A DNA stretch of 64,000 bases from an uncultured Armatimonadetes bacterium. GTDB taxonomy: Bacteria; Armatimonadota; UBA5829; DTJY01. Positions 35,256 through 46,387 of this stretch are shown piece by piece. How positions within the stretch are numbered: the stretch's first letter is position 1; every line of letters starts with the position of its first letter. Location: the NCBI GenBank assembly GCA_963717145.1, contig OY970325.1, forward strand, positions 2,080,001-2,144,000, in the 5' to 3' direction. Position numbers and translations under genes: made by a program. The notes below the pieces were generated by a model that ran no database searches, had not been told where the DNA came from, and saw only the letters and a list, made by a program, of their open reading frames with translations.

Positions 35256-35974
35256 GACTCCTCGCAGAGTGCCTTTTCGGCCCAGAACTTGTTGGTGCGG
35301 TAGAGGCTCTCGAATGTGCCTGCGTCGCTCCAGAAGCCTTCCAACTCGGTCCAATCCAACTGGCCGCCCTGGACATACAGGTTATTCACGTCGGTGATCT
35401 CGAGTTCGCCGCGCTCCGACCGCCGGCACCGGCGTATGTAATCGAAGACCTTGTCGTCGTAGATGTAGAGGCCCGCCACGGCGTAACTCGATTTCGGCTC
35501 CTTCGGCTTCTCCTCGATGGCGACGATCTTGCCGTTCTCGAAGACCGGAACGCCGAATCGCTCGGGATCCTGCACCTGCTTGAGGAATAGGCGCACCCCT
35601 CCCTCGAAGCTTCGAACCGCCGGACCGATGTCGGCATCAGTCGTGTTGTCCCCCAGGATGACGGCAATCGGCTGCCCGTCGGCGAAGTCCTCGCAGAGGC
35701 TCAACGCTTCCGCGATCCCGCCCTCCTTCTCCTGATAGGCATACTCCAGATGGCTGAGGTTGAGCGCGCGGCCGTTCCTCAGCACCGAGAGAAAATGGCC
35801 GGCATGAGGGCCGCCCGTGACCACGATCACCTCACGGATGCCCGCGGAGACGAGCGTCTGAATAGGGTAATAGATCATCGGCCTGTCGTAGACCGGGAGC
35901 AAGTGCTTATTGGTGGCATGGGTCAGCGGGTACAACCGCGTTCCGAGTCCGCCTGCGAGGACAACACCCTTCAT
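35252..35974 (-). CDS. Sugar-phosphate nucleotidyltransferase (RfbA/SpsI-like)
   Basis: LAGGLGTRLYPLT, KHLLPVYDRPMIYY, LGDN, EEKP, RGELEITD. Confidence 0.92.
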   Translation of the reverse strand: MKGVVLAGGLGTRLYPLTHATNKHLLPVYDRPMIYYPIQTLVSAGIREVIVVTGGPHAGHFLSVLRNGRALNLSHLEYAYQEKEGGIAEALSLCEDFADGQPIAVILGDNTTDADIGPAVRSFEGGVRLFLKQVQDPERFGVPVFENGKIVAIEEKPKEPKSSYAVAGLYIYDDKVFDYIRRCRRSERGELEITDVNNLYVQGGQLDWTELEGFWSDAGTFESLYRTNKFWAEKALCEES

Positions 35975-36043
35975 AGCTTTGTGGGAGCCTCCTGTCTATT
36001 GGCTGCGGGACGTGACGATTATAGCAGCACCGAGGTGGGCGGT

Positions 36044-36148
36044 CAATCCGGGAGGGCGAGGCTCCGTCCGAGCCGGATGCTTCGGCAGCAGAACGAAGTG
36101 GCGCTACCGGAGCATCCGGCTCGGACGGAGCCTCGCCCTCCCGGATTG
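36044..36148. repeat. REP-like palindrome, family C
   Basis: CAATCCGGGAGGGCGAGGCTCCGTCCGAGCCGGATGCT...AGCATCCGGCTCGGACGGAGCCTCGCCCTCCCGGATTG. Confidence 0.88.
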
Positions 36149-36153
36149 GGCAG

Positions 36154-37080
36154 TCACGGCTTGCAGATCTTGCACGGCTCATGGCCCGCGGCGACCGCGT
36201 CCGCACGAGTGGCGAACTGCACGCGGTTCTTCTCTGCGGGAAGATGCCCGCACGTCGTGCGGTGGAACTTCTTGCTCGACTTGTTGCCGATGAACTCCCC
36301 CGTCGCGTCCGGCTTGGTGAGCAGGCTCCTCCACACGTCGGCGAGGCTGTTCGACGCGAGTGAGAAGACGGCGGCGGGCGACTCTTCCGCCTTCTTGCCG
36401 CCTTCGGACAAGCTCTTCAGCTGAGCCTGCGCCTTGGTGGATGTCTCCAGCGCAAACTTGGCGGGATCGGTGACGCGTTGGAAGCCGTCGGCATCGGCTT
36501 TGACGGTCGAGCATACGGTATCCAGCTTCTTCTCAAAGATGGGCCGTTCGGCGCTCTCGAAAGAGGCCTTGTCGGTCCGGTAGGGCTGACATGTTGCGAT
36601 CACGTGCGGGACAAGACGGCCAAGTTGAACCTTCAAGTCCGCGGTGGACTTCCCGGCGTCCACGGCTCTCCTGACCTCACCATATGCGTCGGCAAACGCC
36701 TTTCGGCCCGCTTCATCCTGTTTCGCAGCATATCCGAAGCGTGCATCGGTCTTGGCGGAATCCGGTTTCGCCGCCGCCGTGATCTCCTTCGCGCATGACG
36801 TCAACTGTGTCTTGAGATCGGCGGGCATGAAACTGATCGCCTTCAGGATCACGGCTTCGGTGAAATCCCCCGGTTTGGGTTCTTTCGGCGTCTGTTCCGC
36901 GCCGAAAACGCCACCCGCCAACAGAATGAGGATGGCGCAGAGAAGCGTAGTGGCCGTGCCTCTGTGCCGGCCTGCCGTGCCTCTGTGCCCGCCATCCCGC
37001 CTCGCTGGCCGGCACAGAGGCACGGCCACTACAACAGATGATCGATCGAACAGAGCGTGTCTACTCATGGTTTGCATCAC
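36154..37080 (-). CDS. Exported protein with C-terminal Ada-type Zn-binding domain; REP inserted in its N-terminus
   Basis: FIGNKSSKKFHRTTC...FATRADAVAAGHEPCKICKP; hydrophobic LLCAILILLAGGVFG; start codon uncertain. Confidence 0.75.
   Translation of the reverse strand: MMQTMSRHALFDRSSVVVAVPLCRPARRDGGHRGTAGRHRGTATTLLCAILILLAGGVFGAEQTPKEPKPGDFTEAVILKAISFMPADLKTQLTSCAKEITAAAKPDSAKTDARFGYAAKQDEAGRKAFADAYGEVRRAVDAGKSTADLKVQLGRLVPHVIATCQPYRTDKASFESAERPIFEKKLDTVCSTVKADADGFQRVTDPAKFALETSTKAQAQLKSLSEGGKKAEESPAAVFSLASNSLADVWRSLLTKPDATGEFIGNKSSKKFHRTTCGHLPAEKNRVQFATRADAVAAGHEPCKICKP
36947..37032. repeat. REP-like palindrome, family A, with an internal extra half copy, inside a CDS
   Basis: GTAGTGGCCGTGCCTCTGTGCCGGCC-TGCCGTGCCTCTGTGCC...GGCCGGCACAGAGGCACGGCCACTAC. 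Confidence 0.88.
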
Positions 37081-37909
37081 CCTGCTTCATTTTGAGCATG
37101 CGCGCGTAGACTTCCTTCCTGGGCAGCGAGTAAAGCGCCGTCACCTGGCGGACGGCATCGCGTTCGGACAGTCCTTCGCCGAGGAACCGCCTGAGCGAGT
37201 CCTCGACCCGGTCGTCGGAGATCCCGGGCGGCTGCACCACTGAGCCTTCGAGGACAAGGGTGATCTCGCCCTTCGCCTTCACGGCGGCGAACCGTTCGAT
37301 GGCGGAGGTCAGCGTCCCCCGATGGACCTCCTCGAACATCTTGGTGGCCTCTCGAACGACTGCGACCCTGCGATCGCCGAGCACTTCGAGCATCGACTTC
37401 AAAGTGGCAAGCAGTCTCATCGGCGACTCATAGAAGATCATGGTGCGCGGCTCGTTCTCGAGCGCCTGGAAGTACGTTCGCCGCTCGCCCGCCGGCCTGG
37501 GAGGGAAACCCTCGAATGTGAACCGACGGGTCGAGAGCCCGGAGACGATCAGCGCGGTGATGATGGCATTTGCGCCGGGGATGGCGACGACGGAGATGCC
37601 GTTCTCGATGGCGAAGGCGATCAACTCGTGTCCGGGATCGGAGACGCCGGGAGTGCCGGCATCCGATACCATCGCGATGCTCTTCCCCTCCCTGAGCAGG
37701 TCCAGCAGGTGCTCGGCTTTTCGCCCGACGCTGTGCTGGTGGTAGGGAGTCATGGGGGTGGCGATGTCGTAGTGGGCGAGAAGCTTGCGGGTGACGCGGG
37801 TATCCTCGGCAGCGATCAGATCGACCTCTTTGAGCGTGCTGAGCGCACGGAGGCTGATGTCCGCCAGATTGCCGATCGGGGTCGCCACCAGGTATAAGGT
37901 TCCGGGCAC
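37061..37909 (-). CDS. rsmI: 16S rRNA (cytidine1402-2'-O)-methyltransferase
   Basis: GTLYLVATPIGNLADIS, AEDTR, VSDAGTPGVSDPG, YESP, REATKMFEE. Confidence 0.96.
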   Translation of the reverse strand: MPGTLYLVATPIGNLADISLRALSTLKEVDLIAAEDTRVTRKLLAHYDIATPMTPYHQHSVGRKAEHLLDLLREGKSIAMVSDAGTPGVSDPGHELIAFAIENGISVVAIPGANAIITALIVSGLSTRRFTFEGFPPRPAGERRTYFQALENEPRTMIFYESPMRLLATLKSMLEVLGDRRVAVVREATKMFEEVHRGTLTSAIERFAAVKAKGEITLVLEGSVVQPPGISDDRVEDSLRRFLGEGLSERDAVRQVTALYSLPRKEVYARMLKMKQGDANHE

Positions 37910-37999
37910 GATGACCTCCTGGAGCATGAGTTATGAGAAGGGCGAAGCAGTTACGCTTCGCCCTATGAGATCGCCTGTCATGCTGTTCCGACTAACGGA

Positions 38000-39628
38000 T
38001 CACTGTCCGCCGGCCGGTACACGGATCGGCTGGGTGGTCGCGGTTGCCCCACCGCCATTCGCCGCCTGCTCCTTGTTGAACTCGTCGATCCATTTCTGCT
38101 CCCTGGCAGCCAGATCGGCCCGGTTCATCTCTTTGTACATGTCCCGGATCGCCTCATGAGTCTGCGCTTCGTCGTACGCATTGTCCGCCGCGATCTGAAG
38201 ATTCTCTTCCGCGGCCTTGTAGTCCTTGGCCTCTATATCCATTTTGGCGAGACCGAGTCGCAGGGACTTGTCCTCAGTATTCAACAGCGCCGTCTGGAGG
38301 GCGCCTCTGGTCAACTTAGCGTACTTAGCCTGATCCTCCTTCGTAAGCCCGAACATCGGGGAGGAGTTCATCATGCCGTATATCGATGCCATCTGGACGT
38401 AGCACCTCGCCTGAAGGCCGGTATCCTCAGAGGACTGGGCAGCGGCGGCCTGATACAGGGCGATAACTTTCTCGAAGGCCTTCTTGCGCTCCGACTCCGA
38501 CATGGCCATCAGGTTCTGGTAGGCGTCCTTGAACGCGACATATGCCTTGAGTTCGGGATCGAGAACCTCGATCTTCGCGCTCTTCTGAAGCTTGCCGTAG
38601 TACTCCTGTTTCGCAGTGTCGCGCGCCTGCTGGCCGAACTGAGCCAGGTATTCGCTCTTCTTCTTGGGATCCTTGAAGTCGGGCGGTAGATTGCGCTTTG
38701 CGGCAGCAGCGGCTTTCAATATCACATATCCCTGAGCGGTCTTGATCGGACTGCTGATCTCACCCGGCTTCAGAGTGAATGCCGCGGTCCTGAGTTCCGG
38801 CTCGATGGTGGCTCTGCTGACCGGACTCCGGTTGCCGCCATAGTCCTTGTACATGTCGTCGGACGACTGCTTGGCGACGGTCGCGAAGTCATCGCCCTTC
38901 TTGAGCTTGGCAACGATGTCCGCGGCGCGCTTCTTGGCCTGGTCATCGGAACGCTTGCCGGCGGACGCCACCGTGATCTGGCTGACCGGCACCTGGTCAT
39001 AACTCTCCTGAAGAGTGCGATCATTCACTACGACTTTGTCAGTGATCTTCTTGTCGAGCTTCTCCATCAGGAGGCCGTTCCGAATTTCATCCGTATACTT
39101 CTGCAGTTCCTTCTTGATCTCACTTCGCTTCTTGGCTATGGTCATGCCGGGCTCAGCCCTGGCAAGCTGAGCTTGGAAGATCGCGTCGGTCTTCTGCTTC
39201 TTGCCGGTCAGAGCCTGCTCTCGAAGTTGTTTCATCTGCATGTCGGTGTATTCGTCGAGCTTCTTTCTCACATCGCCGCGCGACACGCGGATACCTTCCT
39301 CTTTGGCGGCCTGGACCTTAACGGCCTGGTCGACCAACTCATCGAAGATCTGTCCCCGCAACCGAATGTCCATCGAGGGACTGAGCTGGCCCGCCTGCTC
39401 ATACTGCTGCGTCTGCCTCAGCAACGCCGCACGGAATTCCTCCCACATCAGCTTCTCGCCGTTGACGCGAGCAAGAACGCCGGTCTCCTGCCCCGTCTTC
39501 GGGCCCATCCTGCCGCCGCCGCCGCCAACCGACATCCCGACAAAGCCGATGACGAATACGCCCGCGATGGCTATCATCACGCCCTTGAAGTATTTTGACA
39601 TCTTGGTCCGCATACCATTTATTGACAT
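38000..39628 (-). CDS. SurA/PrsA-like peptidylprolyl isomerase (parvulin) with C-terminal helical repeats
   Basis: N-terminal TM, ARVNGEK, FATVAKQSSDD, LKPGEISSPIKTAQGYVI. Confidence 0.85.
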   Translation of the reverse strand: MSINGMRTKMSKYFKGVMIAIAGVFVIGFVGMSVGGGGGRMGPKTGQETGVLARVNGEKLMWEEFRAALLRQTQQYEQAGQLSPSMDIRLRGQIFDELVDQAVKVQAAKEEGIRVSRGDVRKKLDEYTDMQMKQLREQALTGKKQKTDAIFQAQLARAEPGMTIAKKRSEIKKELQKYTDEIRNGLLMEKLDKKITDKVVVNDRTLQESYDQVPVSQITVASAGKRSDDQAKKRAADIVAKLKKGDDFATVAKQSSDDMYKDYGGNRSPVSRATIEPELRTAAFTLKPGEISSPIKTAQGYVILKAAAAAKRNLPPDFKDPKKKSEYLAQFGQQARDTAKQEYYGKLQKSAKIEVLDPELKAYVAFKDAYQNLMAMSESERKKAFEKVIALYQAAAAQSSEDTGLQARCYVQMASIYGMMNSSPMFGLTKEDQAKYAKLTRGALQTALLNTEDKSLRLGLAKMDIEAKDYKAAEENLQIAADNAYDEAQTHEAIRDMYKEMNRADLAAREQKWIDEFNKEQAANGGGATATTQPIRVPAGGQ

Positions 39629-39685
39629 GAACACCCTCCAAACGGTCGAATCCTACTTATCATTACGCTTCTCAGCGCAAGAATG

Positions 39686-40528
39686 TCACAGATCACGAAG
39701 CATCTCATTCAAGGCAGCAAGGCACTGACGCGAGCCATCCTCCGATACGCCTCCGGGTTTGAAGTGCGTCTCGAGCGAGATATAGCCCTTGTATCCATCC
39801 GCCTTCAGCGCCTTGAGCTGTGCCGGATAGTCGAGCACGCCGTCACCGATGCACACGAAATGCACCTTGCCTTCCGCGTCACGGACCGCGTCTTTGACGT
39901 GGACGTGAACGGTGTACGGCTTCATCGCGTCATAGCCGGTCGGGAAAGGCACTTCACCCGAGCAAAACGCATTGCCCGGATCCCAGACCGCCTGCAAGCC
40001 GGGCGAATCGACGGCGGCGATCACTCTCGCAGTTTCGACGCCGGTTCCGAGGTAGCAGGCATGCTCATTCTCGAGGCCAAGGATGACTCCTGCCTCCCTG
40101 GCGCGCGCAGCCGGCTCCCTGAATGCTTCGACGATGCGACTCTCTATATCTTCGGTCAGTTCGCCCTTTTTCCAGAATGCAAAAACGCGGATGAACCTGG
40201 TATCGAAGATCTCACAGAGGCGGATGCACTTCTCCAGGAGAGCCATCTGGTCCTCCATGCCCCTGTCCTTCGCGCCGTGTGTCTGCCCGGTAGCGCCCTC
40301 GCCGCCGAACAGGTCGCACTTGAAGAACGGCGACGCGATGCACGAGACACGCACTCCGCGATCGGCTACCAGCTTCCGGGCTCGTTCGATGGCCTCGTCG
40401 TCGAGGTCCGCAGCGTTCACACCCCACAGGCATCGAAGCTCGGCGCCCTTTACGTCATAGTCTGCCATGACATCGAGCGCGTGCTCGAAATCCTGCGAGA
40501 TCTCATCGGTGATTACGGAAAGGTCCAC
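39686..40528 (-). CDS. Sugar phosphate isomerase/epimerase (xylose isomerase-like TIM barrel)
   Basis: ITDEISQD, LENEH, WDPGN, HVHVKD, ISLETH. Confidence 0.88.
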   Translation of the reverse strand: MDLSVITDEISQDFEHALDVMADYDVKGAELRCLWGVNAADLDDEAIERARKLVADRGVRVSCIASPFFKCDLFGGEGATGQTHGAKDRGMEDQMALLEKCIRLCEIFDTRFIRVFAFWKKGELTEDIESRIVEAFREPAARAREAGVILGLENEHACYLGTGVETARVIAAVDSPGLQAVWDPGNAFCSGEVPFPTGYDAMKPYTVHVHVKDAVRDAEGKVHFVCIGDGVLDYPAQLKALKADGYKGYISLETHFKPGGVSEDGSRQCLAALNEMLRDL

Positions 40529-40615
40529 GTGTGCCTCCGGTGACGAATTCGTGCTTCATATTAGCATTTTCAGCCTGCTCTTGTCAACTTCGGCAACGTG
40601 CTTCGGAGTGCGTGC

Positions 40616-40704
40616 GTGAGGTGCTCCGTAGGGGCGATCCTTCAACGGTCGCCGTACTGACCCCGGGGCGACCGTTGAAGGATCGCCCCTACGGAGCACC
40701 TCAC
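40616..40704. repeat. REP-like palindrome, family B (GTAGGGGCG...CGCCCCTAC)
   Basis: GTGAGGTGCTCCGTAGGGGCGATCCTTCAACGGTCGCC...GGCGACCGTTGAAGGATCGCCCCTACGGAGCACCTCAC. Confidence 0.88.
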
Positions 40705-40714
40705 TTGCCCTGGG

Positions 40715-41389
40715 TCACTCGCGGAAGAGGATTCGGCCGAAGCGCGCAGGCACGTGGAAGTTGGCCGGGGACTCCATCGTGGGAGACCAGCAACTATACT
40801 CCGCGGTCGGGGTGCGATCGATACGGTAGAGGTTGATGCGCCACGAATCGCCGTCTTTCGGAGGCGTGTTCGGCGCGGTCTCGAGCGAGGCAAACGGGAT
40901 CGCCCACTCCGCGGTCCACCCCTTATCGACGTCCTCGCGGTTGTCGAGTGTGCCATCGACGCGGAGCGCCGTCCGCCATCCCTGACAGTCCCAGGAGGTA
41001 TCGGCAACGAGATCCCTGCGCAGGCCGGTCGGATTGTCGATGATCGCGTCGAAGAGCGTGCCGTGGGGGCTCATCTGGAACTCGTAGTAGCGGACGAGGT
41101 CTGAATCGGGGTCGATGAACGCCTCGACGACCTCCTCCTCGTAGATCTTCTCATCACGGTTGGAGAGCGTGCCCCAGATATCCGGGTCGTCGCTGTCGAA
41201 TGAGACGTAGAGGTTGAGGTCGTCCCAGCACATCCGGGCGCGTGTCTGACGAGTGGCCGGGCCGGATCCGTCGGAGACGATGAAGTCACCGACCGTCGGG
41301 ATACCCTCCCAGTCGCTCAGGTCGCCGTCGATGGTGATCCGTCCGTTCGGGACCTTTCTGCACTCGTAGACGGGCACTTCCTGCTCCAT
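40715..41389 (-). CDS. Carbohydrate-binding family 9-like protein
   Basis: ITIDGDLSDW, WDDLNLY, VEAFIDP, WTAEWAIPF, WRINLYR, FHVPARFG. Confidence 0.85.
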   Translation of the reverse strand: MEQEVPVYECRKVPNGRITIDGDLSDWEGIPTVGDFIVSDGSGPATRQTRARMCWDDLNLYVSFDSDDPDIWGTLSNRDEKIYEEEVVEAFIDPDSDLVRYYEFQMSPHGTLFDAIIDNPTGLRRDLVADTSWDCQGWRTALRVDGTLDNREDVDKGWTAEWAIPFASLETAPNTPPKDGDSWRINLYRIDRTPTAEYSCWSPTMESPANFHVPARFGRILFRE

Positions 41390-41422
41390 GGTAATCTCCT
41401 CGCTGCGACCCGGTCGGCATCC

Positions 41423-41497
41423 GTCATGTAGTGGCCGTGCCTCCGTGCCGGCCAAGAACGTAGCGAGGCCGGCACGGAGGCACGGCCACTACATGAC
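41423..41497. repeat. REP-like palindrome, family A
   Basis: GTCATGTAGTGGCCGTGCCTCCGTGCCGGCC...GGCCGGCACGGAGGCACGGCCACTACATGAC. Confidence 0.9.
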
Positions 41498-41543
41498 GTC
41501 TCGACGAGCGCAGAAGCCTGCCCCTACATGAAACAACGGTCTA

Positions 41544-43150
<1,607 letters not shown>

Positions 43151-43221
43151 GGCCGGATGTATTCCGGTATTATAGATCAGGGGATGGACTGTGTCAAGGA
43201 ACTTGACACACTTCTTTCCCC

Positions 43222-45453
43222 ATGATACGCTACCGGAGGGAGACATACCTGATGCTTCGCAATATGACTGATGCACGCCTCCGCCTTCTCATCGCCATCG
43301 GACTCGTCGTCATCACTGTCGCCGCCTATCTCCCGGTGTTCGGCAACCAGTTCGTCGACTATGACGACAACCGCTACGTCTACGATAACCCGCGCGTGAT
43401 GGACGGCATCTCCCTGAAGAACCTCTCATGGGCTTTCACCAGCATCTGGAACTCCAACTGGCATCCACTCACGTGGATCTCACATATGCTGGACTGCCAG
43501 ATGTATGGATTGAACCCGATGGGTCATCACGTGACCAGCCTGCTGCTGCATCTGGCGAACACCCTGCTGCTCTTCCTGCTTCTCGTCAGGCTCACGGGAT
43601 CCACATGGCGAAGCGCTTTCGTGGCCGCGCTTTTCGCGATTCACCCACTACACGTCGAGTCGGTAGCCTGGGTCGCCGAGCGCAAGGATGTGCTCAGCAC
43701 GTTCTTCTTCATGCTCACGCTGCTGGCCTATGTTCGATACGCCGAATCCCCAAATACCAAGCGATACCTGCTCATGACAGGCGCATACGTCCTCGGGTTG
43801 ATGGCCAAGCCGATGCTGGTCACCATACCGATCGTTCTGCTGCTCCTGGACTACTGGCCGCTTGGGAGGTTCCGTCAGACGATCAAGGCCCGTAAGAAAC
43901 AACCAGCCTCGAACCCCACAATGAAACTGCTGCTGGAGAAGACGCCTCTTTTCGTTCTTGCGCTCGGATCCAGCGTTATCACCCTGATCGCCCAGCGAGC
44001 GGGCGGTGCGGTAAACCCATTGGAGCATCTCCCACTCGGGGAACGCGTCTCCACGGCGCTCGCGGGGTACGCGGCATACATATGGCAGACGGTTTGGCCG
44101 CTCAGGCTCGGCGTCATCTACCCGCATCCGTTCGACAGCCTCCCAACCTGGCAGGTCATCGTCTCGATCGTGCTGCTCGCGGCGATCTCGTTCCTGGTCT
44201 ACCGAGCCAGGAGCGATCGGCCATATCTGACATTCGGATGGCTCTGGTTCGTGATCACGCTGGTGCCGGTGATCGGTCTGGTGCAGGTCGGGGTTCAGTT
44301 CATCGCCGATCGGTACACGTACATCCCGCTGATCGGGCTGTTCGTCGCGGCGGCATGGGGAGTGGCGGAATGGTGTGGGAGTATGGGAGTATGGGGGTGT
44401 GGGAGTGAACGGAATGCGCCCACACGCCCACACTCCCATACTCCCACACTCCCCATTGCCGCCGTGATCGTCCTCGTGTCACTATGCTTCCTTACATTCA
44501 GGCAGGTCGGATACTGGAAGGACGGCTACACGCTCTTCACTCACACCTTAGAGGTGACGAAGCCGAGCGCCACTGCACACACCAATCTCGGCATCATCCT
44601 CGCCGCCAGAGGGAAGCTCGATGACGCGATTGCGCACTATAAGGAGGCTCTGGAGATCAGTCCCGGACACGCAAATGCGCTGTTCAACCTTGGGAACGCG
44701 CTCATCAAGAAGAAGATGTACAACGAAGCGATCGAGGTATATCAGCAGGCGGTGGAGCAGTATCAGCACGCATCCGGCGACGTGTCGGTCGACGCTCATA
44801 CCAACCTGGCGAATGCTTACAGCCAGATGCGAATGTACGAAGAGGCCGAGGCGGAGTATCAGCAGGCGCTGGCCGCCGACCCCAGCTACCTCCCCGCCAT
44901 TACGAATCTGGGCAATATGATGAAAGAGACGGGCAGGCTCGATGAGGCGGAGGAGTTGTACCGCCGGGCCATCGCGATCCGGCCCAAGGATCCCGAATCC
45001 CACAGCAACCTGGGAGTCGCATTGGCCGGACAGGCGAGAATCGATGAGGCGGTCGAAGAATTCGACCGAGCGCTGGCGCTCGATCCGAAGAATACCGGCG
45101 CGCTCGTCAACCTGGCAAACGTCCATGCGTCGCGAAAGGACTACGGCAAGGCGATCGAGGAGTACCGTCGGGCGATCAGCATCAAGTCGGACCTGCCGGA
45201 AGCGCACCACAACCTCGGGCTCGTGCTGAAGACGCAGGGGGACCTGCGGGGAGCGATCGCGGAGTTCCGGAAAGCGGTCGATATCGATCCGTCGATGCCG
45301 GTCCCGCACGTGAGCCTGGCGACGGCGCTCTTTGAGGCGGGCGATTACCCGGGGGCCTGGCGTGAGGTCCATGCCTGCGAAGCGGTCAGAGGCCGCCCGC
45401 CGAAGACGCTCGTTGACCAACTCTCCGCGAAGATGCCCGATCCCGGGCCTTAG
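43222..45453 (+). CDS. Membrane glycosyltransferase-like (TMTC/O-mannosyltransferase-type) protein with C-terminal TPRs
   Basis: FVDYDD, NWHPLTWISH, HPLHVESVAWVAERKD, ADRYTY, about 8 TPRs; start codon uncertain. Confidence 0.85.
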   Translation: MIRYRRETYLMLRNMTDARLRLLIAIGLVVITVAAYLPVFGNQFVDYDDNRYVYDNPRVMDGISLKNLSWAFTSIWNSNWHPLTWISHMLDCQMYGLNPMGHHVTSLLLHLANTLLLFLLLVRLTGSTWRSAFVAALFAIHPLHVESVAWVAERKDVLSTFFFMLTLLAYVRYAESPNTKRYLLMTGAYVLGLMAKPMLVTIPIVLLLLDYWPLGRFRQTIKARKKQPASNPTMKLLLEKTPLFVLALGSSVITLIAQRAGGAVNPLEHLPLGERVSTALAGYAAYIWQTVWPLRLGVIYPHPFDSLPTWQVIVSIVLLAAISFLVYRARSDRPYLTFGWLWFVITLVPVIGLVQVGVQFIADRYTYIPLIGLFVAAAWGVAEWCGSMGVWGCGSERNAPTRPHSHTPTLPIAAVIVLVSLCFLTFRQVGYWKDGYTLFTHTLEVTKPSATAHTNLGIILAARGKLDDAIAHYKEALEISPGHANALFNLGNALIKKKMYNEAIEVYQQAVEQYQHASGDVSVDAHTNLANAYSQMRMYEEAEAEYQQALAADPSYLPAITNLGNMMKETGRLDEAEELYRRAIAIRPKDPESHSNLGVALAGQARIDEAVEEFDRALALDPKNTGALVNLANVHASRKDYGKAIEEYRRAISIKSDLPEAHHNLGLVLKTQGDLRGAIAEFRKAVDIDPSMPVPHVSLATALFEAGDYPGAWREVHACEAVRGRPPKTLVDQLSAKMPDPGP
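44372..44455. repeat. In-frame inverted octamer array (TGGGAGTR/YACTCCCA) inside the CDS
   Basis: GTGTGGGAGTATGGGAGTATGGGGGTGTGGGAGTG...CCCACACGCCCACACTCCCATACTCCCACACTCCC encoding WCGSMGVWGCGSERNAPTRPHSHTPTLP. Confidence 0.85.
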
Positions 45454-45457
45454 TAGC

Positions 45458-46387
45458 TCAGCTCCGTCCAGCAGTCACAGGTTTTCGGCAATGTGGGCAG
45501 ATATGCTTTGACTTGCGGCTGCACCCGGCGCCGCCTCCACCTGCACATGCGCAGGCACAGGCGCATCCCGCGCAAGCGCACGCACATGCGCAGTGATAGC
45601 CGCCGCCGTATCCTCCTCCACCGCCCCCGATCTTTCCACCGGTGTACTGCTTGCCGCCGGTCAGTCTGTTGTACCATGCGACAAAGCCTATGATGATGCC
45701 AAACGCAACCAGTAGCCCCCAGAAGCCCAAGTCGTCACTGCCCCCACCACCCGAATAGCTGTCGTCGGCCTCCTGGGCAGGCTGCGCATCGGGAATAGCA
45801 TCTTTTGGCAGTCTGACCGAGATGGAGTACCTCTCGCCCGGGCCCAGGCTTTCCCTGCGCCAGATGAGAACGCCGTTTGGCGAGGAAGTGGGCTCAGGAT
45901 CGGCCGTGACGGCATCGACGGCAGCAGGGCATTTGAAGCTGATCTGCAGGACATCCGTGGCGGCGCGGTCATACCAGCCAGGAGTGAATTCGAACCGGCA
46001 GTCATCGTCGTAGGCACTGATCAGTTGGCGATCGGTGATCGTGCACTTCACCTCGAAGGTCTCGCCCGTCTGGTAGTCTCTATCCAGACCGAGCCGGAAG
46101 CCCACCCAGTCGCCCGAATCGGCACTCTCGGCGCTCACTGCGTTTGCCCCGTAGCTATCGATGGAGTAGTCGTTGTCCGGGGCGCCGATAGTGATCCACC
46201 AGACATCTCCTCCGGTGACCTGCCACTTCTGGTAGTACTCGATGGTAGCGGAACCGTCATCGTGCGGTGTGAGGCTCACCTGATAGTCAAGAATTCGATA
46301 GGCGCCGGTGTCTCCGCCTTCATATCCATGGCCGGCGGCCGGAAGAAGGAGTAGCAGAATGAGCATCGGAATGCACAAGCGTCCCAT
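45458..46387 (-). CDS. Single-pass membrane protein: DUF2207-like exported domain plus cytoplasmic Gly/Cys-Ala tail
   Basis: Signal peptide; YRILDYQVSLTPHDDGSATIEY; TM LGFWGLLVAFGIIIGFVAWY; tail HCACACACAGCACACACAGGGGAGCSRKSKHICPHC; TGATG overlap with the upstream gene. Confidence 0.85.
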   Translation of the reverse strand: MGRLCIPMLILLLLLPAAGHGYEGGDTGAYRILDYQVSLTPHDDGSATIEYYQKWQVTGGDVWWITIGAPDNDYSIDSYGANAVSAESADSGDWVGFRLGLDRDYQTGETFEVKCTITDRQLISAYDDDCRFEFTPGWYDRAATDVLQISFKCPAAVDAVTADPEPTSSPNGVLIWRRESLGPGERYSISVRLPKDAIPDAQPAQEADDSYSGGGGSDDLGFWGLLVAFGIIIGFVAWYNRLTGGKQYTGGKIGGGGGGYGGGYHCACACACAGCACACACAGGGGAGCSRKSKHICPHCRKPVTAGRS

